From NCBI GenBank assembly GCA_963779495.1, contig CAVZYM010000004.1:25497-89496 (forward strand): 64,000 bases of DNA, in the 5' to 3' direction. The stretch is from an uncultured Pseudomonadota bacterium. Lineage in GTDB: Bacteria > Myxococcota_A > Polyangia > Fen-1088. The notes under the pieces were generated by a model. The model made no database searches, was not told the origin of the DNA, and was given only the letters and a program-made list of their open reading frames with translations. How positions within the stretch are numbered: the first letter of the stretch is position 1; each line of letters starts with the position of its first letter. Positions 53,456 through 62,348 of this stretch are shown here, piece by piece. Both the position numbers and the translations under genes were made by a program.

Positions 53456-54073
53456 ATGCCCACGCCGACGCAGCCGTCCACTGCTTCCGTCGTCAGCGAC
53501 GAAGAACTGGTCGCGCGCGCGCGCGCCAAGGACTTCGCGGCCTTCGAGCAGCTGCTCGACCGGTACGAGGACAAGATTTTTCGGCTGGCCTTTCGGTTCG
53601 TCCGCAACGAGACCGACGCGAAGGAGGTCTTGCAGGACACCTTCCTCACAATCTGGCGCAAGCTCGATACGTTCAAGGGCGATTCTCAGTTTTCGAGCTG
53701 GCTCTACCGCGTTGCGGCCAACACCGCACTGATGCGCCTGCGGGCGCAGCGGCGTCACCCGGAGGTCTCCACCGAAGAGCTGCCGATCGGTTTCCTGGAC
53801 AGCTACGGTCAGATGCCTCCGGCTGGCGAGAACTGGGCCAAGCGCCCCGACGATGAGCTGCAGTCGGGCGAGCTGCGCAGCCACATCCAGTCCGCCGTCG
53901 ACACCCTGCCCGAGATCTACCGGACCGTATTCCTGCTGCGAGACGTCGAGGGGATGTCGACCGAGGAGACGGCTGAGGTGCTGCAAATCTCCGTGCCGAC
54001 GGTGAAGACGCGGCTTCACCGCGCGCGGCTCGCACTGCGCGACAGGATAACGACCTACTTCGAGAAGAAGTAG
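53456..54073 (+). CDS. ECF sigma-70 family factor
   Basis: SDEELV, AFEQLLDRY, DAKEVLQDTFL, FSSWLYRVAAN, FLLRDVEGMSTEETAEVLQISVPTVKTRLHRAR. Confidence 0.93.
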   Translation: MPTPTQPSTASVVSDEELVARARAKDFAAFEQLLDRYEDKIFRLAFRFVRNETDAKEVLQDTFLTIWRKLDTFKGDSQFSSWLYRVAANTALMRLRAQRRHPEVSTEELPIGFLDSYGQMPPAGENWAKRPDDELQSGELRSHIQSAVDTLPEIYRTVFLLRDVEGMSTEETAEVLQISVPTVKTRLHRARLALRDRITTYFEKK

Positions 54074-54096
54074 CCCCTGGCGTCGCGCGCCGGCTG

Positions 54097-54300
54097 CTAG
54101 GGCGCGATCACGAGGCTGACCTGCCACCGCGCCAGCTCGGGGCGGACGACGGCGGCCTCTTCGGTGTCGCCGGCGACCAGGGTCTCGATGCGGGCGATCA
54201 GCGCCCGCGCGGCGGCATCGGCGCCGGCGGGTCGCTCGGCCAGCAGGCGGCGCAGCTCGTGGCGAATTCGGACCATCTCTCGCGTCTCCGCGTAGTCCAT
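54097..54300 (-). CDS. Small hypothetical protein (67 aa)
   Basis: GGAGG-type RBS before ATG 54300; helical sequence MDYAETREMVRIRHELRRLL...ELARWQVSL. Confidence 0.55.
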   Translation of the reverse strand: MDYAETREMVRIRHELRRLLAERPAGADAAARALIARIETLVAGDTEEAAVVRPELARWQVSLVIAP

Positions 54301-54424
54301 GCAGCATCCTCCAACGTTTTCCACGGTAGACGGCGTGCGCGGCCGGTCAAATTTTTCGAGCCGTTTTTTGATGATCGCCGGCGATTTTCTCGCCGGGGCG
54401 GGGCCTGCTAGATTGCCGGCGAAC

Positions 54425-55492
54425 ATGTTGCGCCCGACCGACGACCTCCGCATCGAGCAGATCCGCCCCCTCATCCCGCCCGCGATCCTGATGGAGAACC
54501 TGCCGCTCAGCGAGCGGGCCTCCACCACCGTCGCCGAGAGCCGCGACGCGCTCACGCAGATCCTCCGTCGTCAGGACGATCGCCTGGTCGTCGTGGTCGG
54601 CCCCTGCTCGATCCACGACGTCGAGGCGGCCAAGGAGTACGGCAAGGGGCTGCACGCGCTGGCGGGCGAGCTCGACGACGCGCTCTTCATCGTCATGCGG
54701 GTCTACTTCGAGAAGCCCCGGACCACGGTCGGGTGGAAGGGGCTCATCAACGACCCCCACCTCGACGGCACGTTCAAGGTCAACGAGGGGCTGGGGCTGG
54801 CGCGCGGCCTCCTCCGCGATTTGGCCGAGATGGGCCTCCCGGCGGGCTGCGAGTTCCTGGACACCATCACCCCCCAGTACATCGCCGACCTGGTCAGCTG
54901 GGGCGCGATCGGCGCGCGGACGACGGAGAGTCAGGTCCACCGCGAGCTGGCCTCGGGGCTGTCGGTTCCGGTCGGATTCAAGAATGGCACCGACGGCAAC
55001 ACGCAGATTGCGATCGACGCCATCCAGGCGGCGAGCTACCCCCACCAGTTCCTGTCGGTCACCAAGCAGGGGATCTCCGCGATCGTCGCCACCCGCGGCA
55101 ACCCGGACTGCCACCTCATCCTGCGCGGAGGGAGCGGCGAGCCGAACTACGACGCCCCGTCGGTGGCGAAGGCGGTCGCCGCGCTGGAGAAGGCGAAGCT
55201 GCCGCCGCGGCTGATGGTCGACTGCAGCCACGGCAACAGCCGGAAGGACCACGCCCGGCAGCCGGTGGTGGTCCGCGACATCGCCGAGCAGATCACCGGC
55301 AAAGGGGGCGGGCGCTCGATCGTCGGGATCATGCTGGAGAGCCACCTCGTCGGTGGTCGCCAGGACGCGAAGCCGGGTAAGAAGCTGACCTACGGTCAGA
55401 GCATCACCGACGCCTGTCTGGGCTGGACCGACACGATTCCGACGCTGAAGCTACTGGCCGACGCTGTCCGCGAGCGCCGGAAAAAGCAGTAG
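54425..55492 (+). CDS. aroG: 3-deoxy-7-phosphoheptulonate synthase, class I-alpha (AroF/G/H type)
   Basis: VVGPCSIHD, MRVYFEKPRTTVGWKGLINDP, IGARTTESQVHRELASGLS, GFKNGTDG, DCSHGNS, YGQSITDAC. The paralog assignment (F/G/H) cannot be determined by eye. Confidence 0.93.
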   Translation: MLRPTDDLRIEQIRPLIPPAILMENLPLSERASTTVAESRDALTQILRRQDDRLVVVVGPCSIHDVEAAKEYGKGLHALAGELDDALFIVMRVYFEKPRTTVGWKGLINDPHLDGTFKVNEGLGLARGLLRDLAEMGLPAGCEFLDTITPQYIADLVSWGAIGARTTESQVHRELASGLSVPVGFKNGTDGNTQIAIDAIQAASYPHQFLSVTKQGISAIVATRGNPDCHLILRGGSGEPNYDAPSVAKAVAALEKAKLPPRLMVDCSHGNSRKDHARQPVVVRDIAEQITGKGGGRSIVGIMLESHLVGGRQDAKPGKKLTYGQSITDACLGWTDTIPTLKLLADAVRERRKKQ

Positions 55493-55554
55493 CGCGCTCT
55501 GATCAGTTTTTTGGCGTTCTTATCGCCTCGTGGTTCGATGGCCATGGAGAGCCC

Positions 55555-55794
55555 ATGGATATTCGGACCATCTACTTGCCGTCGGGAGGGCTGGCTGAGA
55601 CGCACGGCGGGGTCGTGCGTCTCACGACCCCCAGCGCCGGGGCGCTGTCGGCGCACCGGGTGACTCGCCAGGAGATCCAGGACGCGACCGTCGCCGAGGC
55701 CGAGGCCGCGGTGGGGCGCCGCCTGGTCACCGGGCTGTGGTGGTTGACCACGGCGGGCGCCAAGACGACCGCCGTCCCGCTCGTCGAAGCGTAA
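55555..55794 (+). CDS. Small hypothetical protein (79 aa)
   Basis: GGAG RBS; fills the gap between DAHP synthase and purU. Confidence 0.5.
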   Translation: MDIRTIYLPSGGLAETHGGVVRLTTPSAGALSAHRVTRQEIQDATVAEAEAAVGRRLVTGLWWLTTAGAKTTAVPLVEA

Positions 55795-55831
55795 CGCGCA
55801 CACCGCTTCACCCGCGGCGCCTCGCCGGTCT

Positions 55832-56719
<888 letters not shown>

Positions 56720-56724
56720 CGCCG

Positions 56725-56808
56725 ATCGCGTCGGGGGAGCGCGAGCTTTTTGCTTGCGCGAGCCCATCGCGGGGGGCGCGGGACCCTTTCAGGGTCCCGA
56801 ACTCGATC
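56725..56808 (+). repeat. Two-hairpin intergenic repeat, copy 4
   Basis: ATCGCGTCGGGGGA-GCGCGAGC ttttt GCTTGCGC-GAGCCCATCGCGGGGGGCGC-GGGACCC tttca GGGTCCC-GAACTCGATC. Confidence 0.9.
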
Positions 56809-57259
56809 AAATCGTCAACCACCGGATCTCGCCGAAGCCGGCGATGAGGCGGGCCTCCTCGATGTCGAAGCGCCAGAGCGTGAAGTCGCCGAGCGCGAAG
56901 TAGTCGGCGGCCCGGGGCCAGCGCGCGAGGTAGCGGGCGCGCGCGTCGTCGACGTCGACGGCGGCGACCGGGCGCACCTGCCCCAGCAGCGAGACCCGGG
57001 CGCCGGCCTGCGGATCGGCCGCCGCTGAACGATCGCCGACGAACAGCCCGGCCCGCGGATCGGCGACCAGGTTGCGCGTGTGGGCGGCGAGGCGCGACAG
57101 CAGCAGCAGCGGCGCCCCGTCCGCCGACAGCGCGTAGGGGGTGACCGAGCCGTAGGGATAGCCCGGGCGATGGACCGAGATCGTCGACAGCACGCCGATC
57201 GTCTCGGCGGCCAGCAGGGCGCGGGCGGCATCGGTCGGTTCGGGAGCTCGTTCGGGCAT
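56807..57259 (-). CDS. Pyridoxamine 5'-phosphate oxidase-like / HugZ-type FMN-split-barrel protein
   Basis: GVLSTIS, GYPYGSVTPY, LSRLAAHTRNL..DPR, GFGEIRW. Confidence 0.85.
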   Translation of the reverse strand: MPERAPEPTDAARALLAAETIGVLSTISVHRPGYPYGSVTPYALSADGAPLLLLSRLAAHTRNLVADPRAGLFVGDRSAAADPQAGARVSLLGQVRPVAAVDVDDARARYLARWPRAADYFALGDFTLWRFDIEEARLIAGFGEIRWLTI

Positions 57260-57302
57260 CGCAGCCCCGAGTCTATCCAAGAAAGTCTATTAACATTCGA
57301 CC

Positions 57303-58049
57303 GTGCCCCCCGACCTGATCGTCCTGCCGTCGCCCGACGCGGCCTGCCTGCGCGCGGCGGAGATCGTGACCGAGACCCTCCGCGCGAAGCCCGACGCGGT
57401 GTTGGCGCTCCCCGCCGGCAACACGCCCGGCGCAGTGTACGCGGAGCTGGTGCGGCGACACCGGGCCGGCGGGCTGTCGTTCGCGCGCGCGACGGCGTTC
57501 ACCCTCGACGAGTACGTCGGGCTCGCGGCCGATCACGCGGCGAGCTTTCGCCGCTTCGTGGAGGCCGAACTCTGCCGGCAGGTCGATCTACCGGCCGCGC
57601 GCCTGCACGCCCCCGACGGAAAGGCGTCCGACCTGGCGGGCGAGTGCGCGCGCTACGAGCGGGCGATCACCGACGCCGGCGGGCTCGAGCTCGCGTTGCT
57701 CGGCATCGGCGTCAACGGTCACGTCGCGTTCAACGAGCCGCCCGCGCCGTTCGCCTCGCGCACACGGCTGGTGGCGCTCACCCCCGAGACGCGCGCCGCG
57801 GCGACCGCCGCGTTCGGCGCGACCCCGGTCCCCACGGCCGCGCTGACCATGGGGATCGCGACCATCCTCGACGCGCGCCGCTGCGTGCTGCTGGCCTTCG
57901 GGGCAGGCAAGGCCGAGGCGATCGCCCGCATGCTCTCCGCCCCCCCGTCGCCCGACTGCCCCGCGTCGGCCCTGCAACAGCACCCGAACGCGACCGTCAT
58001 CGTCGACCAGGCGGCGGCTTCCCGCTTGACTCCCCCGACCCGTTGGTAG
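57303..58049 (+). CDS. nagB: Glucosamine-6-phosphate deaminase
   Basis: LALPAGNTP, FTLDEYVGL, LLGIGVNGHVAFNEP, ALTMGIATI, LLAFGAGKA, SALQQH. Confidence 0.92.
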   Translation: MPPDLIVLPSPDAACLRAAEIVTETLRAKPDAVLALPAGNTPGAVYAELVRRHRAGGLSFARATAFTLDEYVGLAADHAASFRRFVEAELCRQVDLPAARLHAPDGKASDLAGECARYERAITDAGGLELALLGIGVNGHVAFNEPPAPFASRTRLVALTPETRAAATAAFGATPVPTAALTMGIATILDARRCVLLAFGAGKAEAIARMLSAPPSPDCPASALQQHPNATVIVDQAAASRLTPPTRW

Positions 58050-58087
58050 TTGATGCGAGCGTCTCTGTATCTCTGAAAATCCAATAG

Positions 58088-58284
58088 CGCCTTCGGTGCC
58101 CATAAGGGGCATAACAGGGAAGCCGGAAGTCGGGCGAAAGCACGACCAGCCGGCGCGGTCCCGCCACTGTGTGTGGAGGCCGTCCTCGCGAACCCACTCG
58201 ACGAAATCGTCGGGGAAGGGGAGGACGGCCGCGCAACGACGAGAGTCGCGACGCGCTCCACGAGCCAGGAGACCTACCGAAGGC
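58088..58284 (+). ncRNA. Cobalamin riboswitch
   Basis: GGTGCCC..GGGGC ATAACAGGGAAGCCGG, GCGGTCCCGCCACTGT, GGGAAG, AGCCAGGAGACCTACCGA; P1 GCCTTCGGT/ACCGAAGGC; lies upstream of B12 uptake genes. Confidence 0.95.
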
Positions 58285-58344
58285 CGAAGCTTTCTTCTCC
58301 GCGCGGACGGAGATCGGCCCCGGCCCCCAACTTGGTCGCTGGTC

Positions 58345-58377
58345 AGCCCTTCGTCCCCGCGGAACGAGGGGTTTTTT
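58345..58377 (+). terminator. Riboswitch expression-platform hairpin (terminator that also covers the RBS)
   Basis: AGCCCTTCGT...ACGAGGGGTT followed by a T-tract; GAGGGG in the 3' stem is the likely SD of the TTG start at 58376. Confidence 0.7.
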
Positions 58378-59470
58378 GATCGCCACCGTCACCACCCACA
58401 ATCCGACCGCCGCCGACCGCGCCGCCGCCCGACGCGGCGCCCGCGCGCGGGTGGCGCTCGGATACGTGCTGGTGCTGGGCGCGGCGGCGGGGACGCTGGC
58501 GCTGGCGCTGCTGATCGGGCCCGCCGACGTCAGCCTCCAGTCGGTGCTGCAGGCGCTCGCCCGCCGCTTTCACGGGGCGGCCGGGCCGCTCCCCTGGCAG
58601 GACGTCGTCGTCTGGAGCGTGCGGCTCCCCCGGGCCCTGGTCGGCTTCGTCGTCGGTGGTGGCCTGGCGATCGCGGGCGCGGCGCTGCAGGGGCTGTTTC
58701 GCAACCCGCTGGCCGAGCCGGGCGTGCTGGGCATCTCGTCGGGGGCATCGCTCGGCGCGGTGCTGGCGATCTACTTCCACGTCGCCGGTCGCTTCGTCTG
58801 GATGCTTCCGGTTTGCGCCTTCGCGGGCGCGGCGGCCGACGCGATCCTGGTGTTCGCGATCGCGTCGCGGCGGGGGCGCGGGCGGCTGTTCACGGGGACG
58901 CTGCTGCTCGTCGGCGTGGCGATCATGGCGCTGAACACGTCGCTGACGACGTTCGTGCTGTCGGTGTCGCTGTCGAGCTACGACGTGGGCCGCCAGGTCG
59001 TCTACTGGCTGCTGGGCGGGCTCGAAGGGCGGACCTGGGACCACCTGCTGCTGGGGGCGCCGCCCATCCTGCTCGCCGCGATCGTGGTCGCGGCGCACGG
59101 CCGCGAGCTGGACGCGCTGATGCTGGGCGAGCTGGGGGCGCAGTCGGTCGGCATCGACGTGCCGCGCGTGCGGCTGCGGCTGTTGCTGGCGACGGCGGTG
59201 CTGGTGGGGGCGGCGATCGCCGTCGCCGGTCCGATCGGCTTCGTCGGTCTGCTGGTGCCGCACGTGATCCGGCTGGCGGTAGGTTCGGCGCACCGGGCGC
59301 TGCTGCCGCTGGCGTTCATCGGCGGCGGTGTCTTCCTGGTGATCGCCGACGTCGTCGCCCGGACTCTGCTGGTCGGGACCGAGATCCCCGTCGGCGTCGT
59401 GACGGCGACGGTCGGGGCGCCGGTCTTCCTGTTTCTCCTGGTGCGCAGGCGGGTCGAGGTGACGGCGTGA
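58376..59470 (+). CDS. btuC: FecCD/BtuC family ABC permease
   Basis: VRLPRALVG, LQGLFRNPLAEPGVLGISSGASLGA, LDALMLGE, GPIGFVGLLVPH, EIPVGVVTA; symbol inferred from riboswitch context. Confidence 0.88.
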   Translation: MIATVTTHNPTAADRAAARRGARARVALGYVLVLGAAAGTLALALLIGPADVSLQSVLQALARRFHGAAGPLPWQDVVVWSVRLPRALVGFVVGGGLAIAGAALQGLFRNPLAEPGVLGISSGASLGAVLAIYFHVAGRFVWMLPVCAFAGAAADAILVFAIASRRGRGRLFTGTLLLVGVAIMALNTSLTTFVLSVSLSSYDVGRQVVYWLLGGLEGRTWDHLLLGAPPILLAAIVVAAHGRELDALMLGELGAQSVGIDVPRVRLRLLLATAVLVGAAIAVAGPIGFVGLLVPHVIRLAVGSAHRALLPLAFIGGGVFLVIADVVARTLLVGTEIPVGVVTATVGAPVFLFLLVRRRVEVTA

Positions 59471-60270
59471 GCGCGCTGCTCGAGGTCGCGGGCGTCAGCT
59501 TCGGCTACGGCCGGCGCAGCGTGTTTCGTGACGTGTCGTTCGCCGTCAACCCCGGCGAGCTGGTCGCGCTCTGCGGGCCGAACGGCGCCGGCAAGTCGAC
59601 GCTGCTGCGGCTCATGCTGGGGCTGCACGCGCCGTCGGCGGGGACGGTGGCGCTGGCGGGCACGCCGGTCACCGCGCTCAGCCGGCGGGAGATCGCGCGC
59701 CGCGCGGCCCTCCTGCCCCAGGACGTGCCGGTCGACGTGCCGCTCACCGTGCGCGAGGCGGTGGCGCTGGGGCGGCTGCCGCACCTGGCCCGTTTTCAGC
59801 CCGAGTCGGAGGCCGACATCGCGGCGGTCGATCGCGCGCTGGCGGCCACCGACGCGACCTCCTTCGCCCAGCGCCCGGTCGACGAGCTGTCGGGCGGCGA
59901 GCGCCACCGCGTCCACCTGGCCCGGGCGCTGGCCCAGGAGGCGCCGCTCCTGCTGCTCGACGAGCCGATCGCGGGGCTCGATCTCGCCCACCAGCTGCAG
60001 GCGCTGGATCTGCTGCGGGCCACGGTCGCCGACGGTCGCGCGGCGGTGGTGGCGCTGCACGACCTGTCGCTGGCGGCCCGCAGCTGCCACCGCATGCTGC
60101 TGCTGGCCGACGGCGGGCTGCGCGCCGACGCCGCACCCGGCGCGGTGCTGACCGTCGACAACCTGGCGCGCTACTTCGGCGTCGACGCCGAGGTGCGTCT
60201 CGACGGCGCGGGGCGGCCGCTGGTGGTGCCGCTCGCGGCGCGGGCGGCGCGCGCGGAGGGCGACGCATGA
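59467..60270 (+). CDS. btuD: ABC transporter ATP-binding subunit (BtuD/FecE-like)
   Basis: GPNGAGKST, LSGGERHR, LLLDEP, LHDL; GTG start overlaps the permease stop. Confidence 0.9.
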   Translation: MSALLEVAGVSFGYGRRSVFRDVSFAVNPGELVALCGPNGAGKSTLLRLMLGLHAPSAGTVALAGTPVTALSRREIARRAALLPQDVPVDVPLTVREAVALGRLPHLARFQPESEADIAAVDRALAATDATSFAQRPVDELSGGERHRVHLARALAQEAPLLLLDEPIAGLDLAHQLQALDLLRATVADGRAAVVALHDLSLAARSCHRMLLLADGGLRADAAPGAVLTVDNLARYFGVDAEVRLDGAGRPLVVPLAARAARAEGDA

Positions 60271-62325
60271 TGGCCGTGCTGGCGATTGGCGCGATGCTGG
60301 CGGGCACGTCGGTCCCGCCCTCCGACGACGACGCGCCCGAAGCGGTGCCCGTGGCGACGGCGATACCGTCGTCGCCCGCGGGCGCAAGTGGCCCCACCGA
60401 GACGGTTGTCGTTGGCAGGAAGGATCCCGACGCCCTCCGCGAGGACCGCACCAGCGCCGGGTCGGTCGTGCGTCCGGCCGCCAGCCCGCGCGCCTTCGAC
60501 GACCTCGGGCAGATCCTGCTCGAGGTGCCGGGCGTGATCACCACCCGCACCGGCTCGCTGGGATCGTACGCCACGATCTCGCTGCGCGGCTCCAGCCCCG
60601 ACGAGGTGCGCATCTACCTGGACGGCGTGCCGCTCAACGGAGCCTCCGGGGGGGCCGTCGACGTCTCGGCGCTGCCCCTCGGCGACGTCGAGCGGGTCGA
60701 GGTCTACCGCGGCACCTCGCCGCTCGCGTTCGGCGAATCGGCGCTGGGCGGGATCGTGTCGATCACGACGCGCACGCCCGGGGCGCCGCGGCTGGACATG
60801 CGCGGCGGCGTCGCCTCGTTCGGGACCCGGTACGCCGACCTCACCGGCGGCGGGCAGGTGGGGCGGCTGAAGCTCTACGCCGGCGTGCACGGTCTGTCGG
60901 CCCGCGGCGACTACGGCTATCGCAACGACAACGGCACCGCGGCGAACCCCGGCGACGACGTCTACATGGCCCGGCAGAACAACGATCTGCGGGAGGCGAG
61001 CGGCGTGTTGCGCGCGGCGCTGGACCTGCCGGGGCGACGGAGCCTGAACCTCGGCGGCATCGGCTTCGGGCGCGAGCAGGGGCTCACCGGGCGGGGGGCC
61101 AACCCGACGGTGTGGGCCCGGTTCGCGACCAGCCGCGGGCTCGGCTACCTCCGCTACCAGTCGCGCGACGATCTCGGCCCCGGCGGGGAGCTCACCGCGC
61201 AGGTCTACGCCTCGGACCAGCGCGATCGCATCCGCGATCCCGAGGGCGAGCTCGGCGTCGGCGGGCCGCACCAGTCGCGCGAGGTCAGCCAGGCGCTGGG
61301 GACGACGGTGAATGGCAGCCGGCCGCTCACCGACTGGCTGCGCGTTGCGGCGGTCCTCGAGGCGCGGCGGGAGACCTTCCAGTCCTCCGACGCCGTCGAC
61401 ACGGTCCCGGTCGGGATTCCGGCGCGGCGCTCGACCGGCGTCGCGGGGACAGAGCTGGACGTCTACGCGCGCCAGCTGAACCTCGATGTCATCGCGTCGG
61501 CGCGGCTCGAGCTGGTGAACGACGTCGTGACCCAGGGCGCGACGGTCGATCCGGCGACGACCCACCGCCTGCCGGTGGTGCGGGCCGGCTTGGTGCGCCC
61601 GCTGGGAGCGCACGCGACGCTGAAGGCGAACCTGGGCCGCTACGCCCGGATGCCGACGTTCATCGAGTTCTACGGCAACGGCACCGGCCGGCTGGTCGGC
61701 AATGCGGATCTCCTCCCCGAGCGCGGCACCAACGGCGACGTCGCGCTCTGGATCGATCGCGAGCGGGTGACCAGCCGGACCGCGGTCTTCGGCGCGATGG
61801 TCGACGATCTCGATCCGCTGGCAGGCGTCGTCGTGGGGGCAGGCGCGGGCCGACAACCTGGCGCGGGCCAGAACCTGGGGCGTCGAGCAGGAGCTGCGGC
61901 TGGCGCTGGGGCGTCACGTCCGCACCGTCGCGCAGCTCACCTACCTGCAGGCCATCGACCAGAGCGACAACGCCGCGAGCCGGGGGCACCAGCTTCCGCT
62001 GCATCCGCGTCTCACCGGTTACCTTCGCCCGGAGCTGGTTGCGGTGCCGTTGCCGGGGGGGATGACTCTGGCCAGCTACGTGGACGTGGCCGTTCGCAGC
62101 GAGACCTACGCCGACAACGTCTACCTGCTGAAGCTGGGGCCGCGCGCCCTCATCGGCTGTGGTCTCACGGTGGCGGCGCCCCGGACGGGCCTCCGCTTCA
62201 CCGCGAGCGTCGCGAATCTCACCGACGATCGGCGCACCGACTTCGTCGACTGGGCGCTGCCCGGTCGGGCGCTGTTCGCGACCCTCGCCTACACCCCGTT
62301 TTTCGATCAGCGATTCGGACCATGA
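60267..62325 (+). CDS. btuB: TonB-dependent receptor (BtuB-like); apparent +1 frameshift near 61812
   Basis: Manual translation: plug ISLRGSSPDEVRIYLDGVPLN..GGAVDVSALPLGDVERVEVYRG...LGGIVSITTR; barrel strands; corrected frame ends VANLTDDRRTDFVDWALPGRALF...RFGP-TGA 62325. Confidence 0.9.
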
Positions 62326-62348
62326 CGGCAAACAAGGAGCGACGACGA

